Position numbers and translations under genes: made by a program. From assembly GCF_964213995.1 (NCBI RefSeq), contig NC_135807.1, positions 103,478,001-103,542,000 on the forward strand: a DNA stretch of 64,000 nucleotides. The letters are read 5' to 3'. Positions 40,301 through 52,300 of the stretch are shown here, piece by piece (position 1 is the first letter of the stretch; each line of letters opens with the position of its first letter). This stretch comes from Mustelus asterias (Eukaryota). Below the pieces are notes generated by a model. The model was not told the DNA's origin. It did not search any database and saw only the letters and a list, made by a program, of their open reading frames with translations.

Positions 40301-43300
40301 GGGGGAAGCTTGAAACCTGAACATTAGCTCCTCTGGGACAATAAAGGGTTTCCATGCTCACACAGGGAGAGTCCAAGCTGGGCTGTCAGTGAGAATTCTG
40401 CAGCACCATCTTCCAGCCCGCAGCAATGGCATAGTACAAACTTAAAATGAAGAAAAGCACTGCTGGTGAGGGCTCTGCAGGCAGATTGTAGGGCATGTGC
40501 ATACACTGGGAGGTGGGATTAAAGGAACACCCAACTGTACTCTGCATTCCCAAATGAGAAAGGCAAAGCTGAAACATGTTAGGAGCCTTTCAATGACATT
40601 GAAGGTAATCAGAAAGTGAAGTAATGATGCCCTTTCACGCGACACTAATCTTGCAAAGGGGCACTGACCAATCCCCTTGTTTAAACCCTTGTTCACGGTA
40701 TGGCAATTCCCCAGAGTCATAACAAACTCCAGAGCAATTAGGCAACAGGACAAGCTTCAAAAGCTCATTAGAAAATTGGAGCCGGACGGTTCGCAGGTCC
40801 CCCTCAAATAACCTAGTATCCTGGTGAAACATTTACCCTCATGTTTATTCCAAAGAACATAGTATTAGAGTACAGTGATTAAGGATCCCAGTACCTGGGC
40901 TAAGAGCAGTACATTCATGTGCCTGACCAGAGCAATGTCACAGCAGTCAGTCATGTTGGGCTTAGCAGTTGAGGGTGGAGGTGACCTTGCTATGCACCCT
41001 GCGTTCACCATCATTTCAGGGCAAGTACTTTTCAATTAAGAAACAAATTCCTTGAATCCATATTCACTGATGAGTTATTGACAAAAAGAGGACTTTTAGA
41101 GACTCATGATGACTCTTGTCTGTTTCTCACTGATACTGCAGAGAGGAAACCATGAGGAAGAAGAAGTCTGGCTTTATCGCTCCCTGCATTATCACTTAGA
41201 TGTGGAAATGCTGGCGTTGGACTGGGGTAAACACAGTCAGTTTTAACAACACCAGGTTAAAGTCCAACAGGTTTATTTGGTAGCAAATGCCATTAGCTTT
41301 CGGAGCGCTGCTCCTTCATCAGATGGAGTGGATATCTGCTCTCAAACAGGGCATACAGAGACACAAAATCAAGTTACAAAATACTGATTAAAATGCAAAT
41401 CTCTACAGCCAACCAGGTCTTAAAGATACAGTCTGCATCTTTAAGACCTGGTCGGTTGTAGAGATTCGCATTCTAATCAGTATTCTGTAACTTGATTTTG
41501 TGTCTCTGTATGCCCTGTTTGAGAGCAGATATCCACTCCATCTGATGAAGGAGCAGCGCTCCGAAAGCTAATGCATTTGCTATAAAATAAACGTGTTGGA
41601 CTTTAACCTGGTGTTGTTAAAACTCTTACTGTTATCACTTAGAGGCAGGAGAGAAGATGATTGCAACAGGGCTGCTTGGTTCACCAAAGAGAGGAGCAAA
41701 ATCCTCAAGACCAAGGCCCTCTCCAGACATAATGTCTCTGAGAGCTTCATCTTTTATGTGTGGGCAGCTCCAAGTCCCAGGGTGTACAGAACTTGCACGT
41801 CTTACCTGCAGATGAGCAACAACCAGTGTCACTGACATCTTCACATGTCCAGGGATTTGGTGACTCACATGTACCATATTCTCTTGGAATTGGCGCCATG
41901 GGAACAGGGAGAGAAGCTATTGCTAGTGGCTGTGAAAGTAACTTAGAATCATAGAATCCCTACAGTGCAGAAGGAGGCCATTTGGCCCATTGAGCCTGCA
42001 CTGACCACAATCCCACTTAGGCCTGATCCCCGTAACCCCACCTATTTACCCTGACACTAAGGGGCAATTTATCATAGCCAATCAACCTAACCTGCACATC
42101 TTTGGAGTGTGGGGGGAAACCGGACACCCAGAGGAAACTCACACAGACACAGGGAGAACGTGCAAACTTCCTTTTTGCAAAACTTTTTTTGCCATGGCCC
42201 AAAACTCCACCAACATAAACAGTGACCTAAGGCTGGAATTGAACCTGGGTCCCTGGCGCTGTGATGCAGCAGTGTTAACCGCTGTGCCACCATGCAGCCC
42301 AGCTCCAACTTCCACATTGAACTGCTATGTGTCCTTCTAGAGCTCTATTGGGGGACCTCTGAGGGATCTCTTAAGCATCCACTCACAAATGCATTGGCAG
42401 CACAGTGGTTAGCATTGTTGCCTCATTCAGTCAGGGACCCAGGTTCAGTTCCGGCCTCGGGTGACTGCTTGTGTGGAGTTTGCATGTTGTCCCTGTGTCT
42501 GCATGGGTTTCTTCTGAGTGCTCTGGTTTCTTCCCACAGTCCAAAGATGTGTGAGTTAGGTGGATTGGCCACGGGAGATTGCCCCTTAGTGTCGCGGGAT
42601 GAGCAGAGTAAACACATGGGATTATGGGGATAAGGCCTCGGTGGGATTGTTGTTGATGCAGACTCGATGGGCTGAATGGCCTCCTTCTGCACTATAGGGA
42701 TTCTATGATTCTAAGTCACAGACACCTTTTTTGCCATGGCCCAAAATTCCACGAATAGAGATCAAGCAAGCCAGGATGCCAGAGCACTGGGATTTGTTGA
42801 GATTTTCAGATTCCCACAGGTGCAGGGTGTATGTGGCCATAAAGCTCCTAAACAACAAGCATTCCAACACATGAACTGGAAAGACTACCACTCACACGTT
42901 GCACAGCTAGTCTGAGGCCATTAAAAAAAAAACTTTGCCAGGCAGGTCTGCTCTAGATACTCAAAGCATCCATGATGCATGCATCCCAGATCCTGGATAT
43001 CTTCAAGGGACCACACGGGCCAGGGCTGGTTCCTCATTGACAAAGGGTACCCGCAAAGGATGTGGCTGATGATGCCTGTGCAACAGCATCAGACTCCTGC
43101 ACGGAGAAGGTATAATGAGGCTCATGCCTTACCCAGACTTGGGTGCAGCACACCATAGGTATCCTAAAGTGCTGATTCCAATGCCTGGATAGATCTGGTG
43201 AGGCTTCATTACAGTCCCGAGAGGGCTTCATGGATCATCGTGGCTGTTGCAATAATGAGATGGAGGAGCTGCATGTCTCCACCAATGTGGAGGACCTCGA

Positions 43301-46300
43301 AGAGGAGAAGGGCGGTGAGTTTGACAAAGCAGAGGCTGCAAGGGAAGAGGTCATAGCACTGACCAGCCTGCTGCTGCTTCCTTCGTAAAATCCAAAAACA
43401 GGACTGCCTTGGCAGACCGATTGTAGAAGCCTGTTCCTGCCCCACTGAACTAATTTCTTCTCATCCCAACACCATTCTCTCTCCCATGCACAGTCCCTTC
43501 CCAACCACATTCGTGATTCCTTTATTATGGATATCCCTCCATACCCCACCAGGAAGGACTGAATGCTCTCTGTTTCTTGCTTAAACAGAGGCTCGAACAA
43601 TCCCCGTCCACCATTACTTTCCTCTGCCTCGCTGAACATGTTCTTGTACACAACAATTTCCCCTTTAACTTGCCTCACTTCCTGCAAATAAAGCATGTGG
43701 CTACGGGAACCTGTATGGGCTCCAGTTATGCCTGTCTTTTTGTAGGGCATGTGAAACATCCCTTGTTCCAGTCCGACTCAGGCCCTCTCCCACAACTCTC
43801 TTCCTGTTACATTGATGACTATATTGGTGCCGCTTCATGCTATCATTTGGACCTGGAAAAACTTAGCGATTTTGCTTCCAATTTCCACCCTTCTTTCAGA
43901 TTCCCAAGGTCAGTCTCCCACACTTTCCTTCCCTTCCTTGACTTCTGTTGCGATTTCTGACCTCCAATATTTATTACAAACCCACTGACTGCCACAGCTA
44001 CCTCTTCACACCCTGCTTCCTGCAAGGACCCTAATCCATTCCCCCAATTTCTTCACCTCCGTCTCATTTGTTTTGATGATGCCACCTTTGAAAACAGCAC
44101 TGCTGACACATCTGCTTTTTTTCTCAACCGAGGTTTCCCTGTTGCAGTGATTAACAGGGCATTCAACCGTGTCCGACCTATTGCCTGCACCTCTGCCCTT
44201 CAATCCTTTCTTCTCCCACCCCATCCCAGAATCATGATAGGGTCCCTATTGTCCTCACTTTCCACCCCATCAGCCTCCACATTCAAAGGATCATCCTCTG
44301 CTTTTTTCATCAACTCCAGCATGATGCCACCACAAAACACATCTTCTCCTAATCGCTATCAGTATTCCGCAGGGACCATTCCCTCCGTGACACACTGGTC
44401 CACTCCTCCATTGCCCCAACCCGCCATCCCCTTCCCACAGCAACTTCCCATGCAAACACAGAAGTTGCAACACCTGCCCCTTTACCTCTACCTTCTTCAC
44501 TGTCCAAGACCCCAACATACGTTTCAGGTGAAGCAGCATTTCACATGCACCTCCTTCAATTTGGTCTACAGTATTCGCTGCTTCCAATGCAGTCTCCTCT
44601 ATATTGGGGAGACTACTTTGTGGAACACCTTTGCTCAGTCCACAAGCATGACTTCAATCAGGCCAAGCTCAAGAGCATCCTACCAAGATACAACCAACAC
44701 ATCTCCTGTTCCACCAGAGGCCCAAGCATTCTAGACCACTGCTACACAAATATCAAATATGCCTACCGCTCGATCGCCCACTCACACTTTTGCAAATCAG
44801 GGCACAAGGCTGTAGCTCCTGCTCCCAGCTGACAAGCAAAAAACTGAAATGGGAGAATCCGTCAAAGAAAATCATGCAATGGTGGTCTGAGGAATCGAAT
44901 GATCTCTTACGGGACTGCTTAGAGTCAGTAGACTGGTCAGTATTTAAAAACTCTGACCAGCCTGAATGAGTACACCACGACTGTAACTTCATTAGTAAGT
45001 GTGTTGGAGACTGTGCGCCGAAGAAGCAAATCCACGTGCTTCCCAACTGGAAAATTTGGATGAACAGGGATAACCACTGCTTGCTCAAGTCTAGGTCTGA
45101 GGCGTTCAAGTCAGGCAACCCTAACCTATACAAGCAAGTAGTAAGAAGTCTCACAACACCAGGTTAAAGTCCAACAGGTTTATTTGGTAGCAAATACCAT
45201 AAGCTTTCCACTCCATCTGATGAAGGAGCAGCGCATTTCCACTCCATCTGACGAAGGAGCAGCGCTCCGAAAGCTTATGGTATTTGCTACCAAATAAACC
45301 TGTTGGACTTTAACCTGGTGTTGTGAGACTTCTTACTGTGTTCACCCCAGTCCAACGCCGGCAACTCCACATCATGGCTATACAAGAAAGCCAGATATGA
45401 TCTAAGGAGATCCATTAAAGATGCCAAAAGACTGTACTGGACCAAGCTAGAGTCCCAGGCTAGCCACACAGGCCCCCGCTGACTATGGGAAGGTCTGCAA
45501 GACATAACAGGTACAAGATGAAGGCATGAAAAATCACCAGCACAAACTCACCCTTCCCTGATCTCAGTGCATTTTATGCCCGTTTTGAGACAGAAGTCAG
45601 CGAGAGCTCGGAAACCTCAGATGAACCTGTACCCGAGATCACCATTGCAGATGTCATCGCAACCTTCTCAAAGGTCAATCCATGGAAAGCGACTGACCGG
45701 GATGGGGTACCCGGACGAGCACTCAGATCCTGCACGGACCAGCTGGTGGGGTATTTGCAGACATCTTGAACCTCTCTTGACAACAATCTGAGGTTCCTAT
45801 CTGCTACAAGATGATGACCATCATCCTGGTTCCAAAGAAAGGCCAAGCAGCATGCCTTAATGACCATCATCCGGTGACTCTGACATTCATTATGAAGTGC
45901 TTCGAAAGGTTAGTCACGGCACAAATCAATTCCGACCTCCCAGATTGCTTGGATACACTATAATTTGCCCACCGCCACAACAGGTCCACAGCAGACGCCA
46001 TCTCCCTGGCCCTGCACTCAACCCTAGAACACCTAGATAACAAAGTCACCTATGTCAGACTTCTACTTATCGACTATATCTCAGCCTTCAACACTATTAT
46101 TCCCACGAAACTCTTCTCCAAACTCCATGGCCTGGGGCTTGGCTCCTCCCTCTGCAACTGGATTCTGAACTTCCTAACGCAGACCGCAATCAGTGAGGAT
46201 AGGCAACAACACCATCTCCACAATCATCCTCAACACCAGTGCCTGCAAGTCTGTATCCACAGTCCCTTACGATATCTCTTAGACACCTATGACTGTGGCC

Positions 46301-49300
46301 AAATTCCCCTCCAACTCGATTTTCAAGTTTGTTGATGACATCACCGTAGTGGGTCGGATCTCAATGGTGAGATGGAGTACAGGAAAGAGATAGAGAATGT
46401 GGGGAACTGGTGCGATGACAATATTTTCTCCCTCAATGTCAACAAAATGAAGGAGATAGTCATCAACTTCAGGAAGGGCCGTGGAGGATATGCTCCTGTC
46501 TACATCAATGGGGATGAAGTGGGAATGATCGCAAGCTTCAAGTTTCTAAGTGCCCAGATCACCAACAACCTATTCTGGTCCCCCCCATGCCGACATTATA
46601 GTTAAGAAAGCCCATCAATGCCTCTACTTTGATATTTTAGATCATACATCAATTTGGCATGTCCGCTACGACTCTCACCAACCTTTACAGATGCACTATA
46701 GAAAGCATACTTTCTGGTTGCATCACAGCTTTGGTATGGTTCCTACTCTGCCCAAGGCCCAACAAACTACAAATGGTCGTGAATGAAGCCCAGTCCATCA
46801 CGCAAAACAGCCTCCCACCCATTGACACTGTCTACATTTCCCGCTGCCTCAGAAAAGCAGCCAGCATAATCAAGGACCCCATGCACCCCAGGCATTCTCT
46901 CTTCCACCTTCCTCTGTTGGGAAAAAGATAGAAAAGTCTGAGGACATGTGCCAACGGACTCAAGAACAGCTTCTTCCCTGCTGCCATCAGACTTTTGAAT
47001 GAACCTACCTCGCATTAGAAGAAACATAGAAAAACTACAGCACAAAACAGGCCCTTCGGCCCCACAAGTTGTGCCGAACATATCCCTACCTTTTAGGCCT
47101 ACCTATAACCCTCCATCCTATTAAGTCCCATGTACTCATCCAGGAGTCTCTTAAAAGACCCTATTGAGTTTGCCTCCACCACCACTGACGGCAGCCGATT
47201 CCACTCGCCCATCACCCTCTGTGTGAAAAACGTCCCCCTAACATTTCCCCTGGACCGAACCCCCAGCACCTTAAACCTGTGTCCTCTCGTAGCAGACATT
47301 TCCACCCTGGGAAAAAGCCTCTGAGAGTCCACCCGATCTATGCCCCTCAACATCTTATATACCTCTATTAGGTCTCCTCTCATCCTTCGTCTCTCCAAGG
47401 AGAAAAGACCGAGTTCCCTCAGCCTATCCTCATAAGGCATGCCACTCAATCCAGGCAACATCCTTGTAAATCTCCTCTGCACCCTTTCAATCTTTTCCAC
47501 ATCCTGTAATGAGGCGACCAGAACTGAGCACAGTACTCCAAGTGGGGTCTGACGAGGGTCTTACATAGCTACATCATTATCCCCGGACTCCTAAACTCAA
47601 TCCCTTGATTGATAAAGGCCAGCACACAATACGCCTTCTTAACCACATCCTCCACCTGCGGGGCCGATTTTAGAGTCCTATGGACCCGGACCCCAAGGTC
47701 CTTCTGATCCTCTACAGTACTAAGAGTCTTTCCCTTAATATTGTACTCCTTCATCCCATTTGACCTGCCAAAATGGACCATTACGCATGTATCTGGGTTG
47801 AAGTCCATCTGCCACTTCTCCGCCCAGTCTTGCATCCTATCTATGTCCCTCTGTAACTTCTGACATCCCTCCAGACTATCCACAACCCCACCAACCTTCG
47901 TGTCGTCGGCAAACTTACCAACCCATCCCTCCACTTCCTCATCCAGGTCATTTATGAAAATGACAAACAGCAAGGGTCCCAGAACAGATCCCTGGGGCAC
48001 ACCACTGGTGACCGACCTCCATTTAGAAAAAGACCCATCTTACACACTCTCTGCCTCCTTTGGGCAAGCCAGTTCTGGATCCACAGGGCAGCAGCCCCTT
48101 GGATCCCATGCCCTCTCACTTTTTCTAGAAGCCTTGCATGGGGGACCTTATCGAACGCCTTGCTAAAATCCATACAAACCACATCTACCGCTTTCCCTTT
48201 GTCAATGTGTTTAGTCACATTTTCTAAGAACTCCACCAGGCACGTAGGGCACGATCTGCCTTTGACAAAGCCATGCTGAGTATTCTTGAGCATACTAAAC
48301 CTCTCTGAATGCTCATAAATCATGTTCCTCATGATCTTCTCTATCAGCTTACCAACCACTGAGGTTAGACTCACCGGTCGGTAATTTCCTGGGCTATCCC
48401 TATTCCCCTTCTTGAAAATAGGAACCACATCCGCAATCCTCCAATCCTCCGGCACCTCTCCCATCTCCATCGACGACGTAAAGATCATCGCCAGAGGCTC
48501 TGCAATCTCTTCCCTCGCCTCCCACAGTAACCTGGGGTACATCCCATCCGGACCTGGCAATTTATCTATCTTGATGCCATTCAAAGATTCCAGCACAACC
48601 TCTTTGTTAAAGTCCACATACTCAATCTTTTCAGTCCACCGCAAGCCCGCAGTACATCCATCCAGGTCCTTCTCCTCTGTGAAAACCGAGGCAAAATACT
48701 CATTGAGCACCTCTGCCATTTCTACTGGTTCCATACAGATTTTCCCGCCTTCACCTTTTATAGGCCCTATTCCTTCACGTCCCATCCTTTTACTCTTCAC
48801 ATATTTATGGAACGCCTTAGGGTTTTCCTTAATCCTACCTCCCAAGGCCTTCTCGTGACCCCTTCTGGCTCTCCTAATTTCCTTCTTTAGTCCCTTCCTA
48901 CAAGTTGATCTTTTTCTACATGCTAGCTATGACTGTAACACTACATTCTGCATTCTCTCCTTTCCTTCACTATGTCATTTGTCTGTATAGTGCACAAGAA
49001 ACAATGCTTTTCATTGTATGTTACTCCCTGGGACAATAATAAATCAAATTAAATCTAACTTTCCTATCGCTTGCCTTTCAACTCACCAACTTGTTCTCAT
49101 GCTCCCCCTTGGCCTGTTGCAATGCTCCAGTGAAGCCCCAAGGACCAACATCGAATCTTCCAATTAAACATGTTACTGTCTTCTAGACTCAACATTGCAT
49201 TCAACATCTTTAGATTGTGAACTCTCTCCTTCATCTTGACCTCCTTTTTTATTTATTACAATGCACCCCCTCCCAAACAAGACCATCTGTCACTTGTTCT

Positions 49301-52300
49301 TCAGTTGTGCTTTCACTGAGCATTGACCTTTGTTCTCCTATTAACACATTCTCTTTTAAAAACATTTTTATGCCACTATCAGCACTTTCTTTTTGTCGTA
49401 AATGCTACCATTAACACTCCCTTTGTCTTGTGTCCATGACATCTTTGTCAATCTCTCATTTCCAACCTGTCCCTGATTTTCTATTCTGCTCTATCTTTGC
49501 CACCCCGTTCTCCAATTACATAATCCATTTCTACCCCTCTTTAGTTTTGGTTTAGTTTCAACTGTTAACTCTGCTTCTCGCTCCACAGGTGCTGCCAAAC
49601 CCGCTGAGTTTATCCAGCATTTTCTGTTTTTATTCAATTTGCCTTCCGAATTACTTGCTGTAGCTGCATGCTAACTTTGTGATGTGATTCATATACAAGG
49701 TCACCCAGATTCCTCTCTTCTGCAATATTCTGTTTCATTTAAATAATATTCTGCTTTTCTACTTTTCTATTCTTACCAAAGTGGACAACATGTTCCAACA
49801 AGAGACAAAACATATGTGACCTCACCCTCCTGCCTGCCGCAGATGCATCTGTCTATGACAGTATTGGTAGGAGTGACCACTGCACAGTCCCTGTGGAGAC
49901 AAAGTCCCATCTTCACATTAAGGATACTTTACATTGTGCTGTGTGGCACTATCATTGTGCAAAATGGGATAGACTTCAAACAAATCAAGCAGCTCAAAAC
50001 TGGGCATGTATGAGGCACTGTGGGCCATCAGCAGCAGTAGAGTTGTGCTCAACCACCATCTGTAACCCCATGGTCCAGCATATCACTACTTCACCATTAC
50101 CACCAAGCAAGGAGATCAACACTGGTTCAATGAGTTCAGGAGGGCATGCCACAGGTAAACCTAAAAATGAGGTGTCAACCTCGTGAAGTTACAACACAGG
50201 ACTACCTGCATACCAAACAGCAAAAAATGCAAGTGATAGAGATAATTGATCCCACAACCAAGCGACCAGATCTACTTTTTATGAAATAATGGATTCCGGC
50301 ATTTTTCCTATGTCAGACTACTGCCCCATAATCATCTACTTTGTCTTCTTTCTTTCTTAAATAGGGATGTTACATGCGAAGTTTTCCAACGGCGGGGATC
50401 GTCCCAGAATCTAGGGAATTTTGAAGATTACAACCACTCCATCCAGTATCTGTGCACTCACTTCCTGTGGCCTCAGATGCAGGCCATCAGGTCCAAGGGA
50501 CTTGACAGTCTTTAGCCCCATTAGTTTTCCGAGTACTTTTTCTCCAGTGATAATTTTAAGGTCCACTCCACCCTTAGTCACTTGATTATCTGCTATTCTT
50601 GGGATACTTTTGTTTTATCTACTGTGAAGCCAGATGCAAAATACTGTTCAATCCTGTCATTTTCGTGTTTCCCCTTATTAATTCCCAGCCTCTGCCTCTA
50701 AGGGACCAATATTTACTTGAAGTACTTTTTTTTCATATACTTTTACAAATTCTTCCTCCCTGTCTTAATGTTTCTTGCTAGTCCATTCTCATATTCGAAT
50801 TTCTCCCTTGATGGTATTCTAAATTTTTATACTATCTCTTGCTAAAATGTTCTCTATCTACTAACTGAGGAATCGTTTATCATTCTCAATACATAAAATG
50901 TCCTTTCATTTGTGACTTTGAAGAAAGTTCTGGATGGTTTGGAAATCTGATTGAAGAAATTCAAATATGGATTTCTGGGGAAGAAGGGCATAGATTTGGG
51001 AGATGACAACTTTGAAGTAGAGGGAAGTTATTGAGAGCATCGTAGTTTGCAAGGACAGAGGCACATAAATAATGGCACCAAAGAAGCTCCAAAGTTATAT
51101 GCTTAATCCAGACCCTCGAACTGGAGCTTATTAGCACAGCATCCATTTAGCTTCTGTTTTTACTGATATGATACTCAAAATGCTTCACCACAAGCAGACA
51201 TTGAACAGAAAGCATATTATTTAAAAGAAGTTGGGTAAATATTTGTAAAGGATGAAAATGAAAGGATTTAGGCAAAGGGCAAGGGAATGGAATTAAAGTA
51301 AACACCTTCAATTAAAGGCCTAACCCAGCACAAGAATAATGATTGATTGGACCAGCTATGAAAGATACAGCTGACAAGACTGCTGTCTTATCTGAAAGAG
51401 ATGAATATATGCTCAGCATAGATTCCAACAAAATGGATTTTTGGTAACAAAAGATTGCGGTTCCTTCTTAGAGTGTGGACAATGTTGGCAAAGCTGTAAC
51501 TATTGCCCGAAGATGTACAGTTTTTACAACTGAGGTTTTGTCAGGCTAATTTGGAGAGTGAACTGTGAGCCCTACATTGTGTGAATTGAATTAATACATG
51601 CTAGAAAGTACATTTTCTTTCCTGAAGACACACTCTGATTTTCTGATGCTTTTCACAGCCAATTTCAATACTCAACTTCTGAGACTTGAACATCTAATGT
51701 TTGTCTCCAGACTTGACTATTCCATGCATTCCTGCCTGGCTACCTACATCCTACTCTCCATAAACTTGAGGTCATCTGAAACTCTGCAGCCCTGTCCTCA
51801 TTTGCATAAGGTCTCCTAGACAAATGGCTGATTCACATTGGCTCCCATTTAGGCAAGGCCGCAAATTAATAATTTTCATCATCGTTTCTAAATCCCTCCA
51901 TGGTCTTACTCTCCCTATCTCTAATCTCCTCCAGCCACTAGGTCCAATATCTAACGTCATCTAATTCTGGCAAAATTTTAATTTATTCGTTCACAAGATT
52001 GGTGCATGTCGCTGGCTAGGCTTTTGCTCATCACTAATTGGCCTCAAGGAGATCATGGTGAGTTGCCTTCCAGAACCACTGCAGCCAATGTGCTTCAGGT
52101 ACAACCACAGTCCTGTTAAGAAGGACGTTACAGGATTTGTATCCACCAACAGTGAAGGATGACAATATAGTTCCAAGATGGTTTGTCTTAGAGGGGCACT
52201 CACCTGATGAAGGAGCAGCGCTCCGAAAGCTCGTGCTACCAAATAAACCTGTTGGACTTTAACCTGGTGTTGTGAAACTTATTACTGTGCCTACCCAATT

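Larger units (their letters stand above)
41201..41631. mobile_element. Palindromic PLE terminal-repeat insertion (two ~190-bp inverted arms)
   Basis: Arms 41239-41430 and 41434-41624 are reverse complements around a gtc loop; TSD ttatcacttaga at 41189-41200 and 41632-41643. Confidence 0.9.
41750..43330 (+). pseudogene. Decayed PIF/Harbinger transposase (HARBI1-like DDE), interrupted by two SINEs
   Basis: Read by eye in order: [47 protein letters not shown]...RRRYNEAHA (from 43024), then after a frameshift [18 protein letters not shown]. Confidence 0.75.
44650..49055 (+). mobile_element. Rex1/Babar-like LINE, 5'-truncated and decayed, interrupted by a PLE and a CR1
   Basis: Remnant peptides DFNQAKL...[14 protein letters not shown] (APE) and [60 protein letters not shown] (RT); 3' end aataaatcaaattaaatc. 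Confidence 0.75.
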
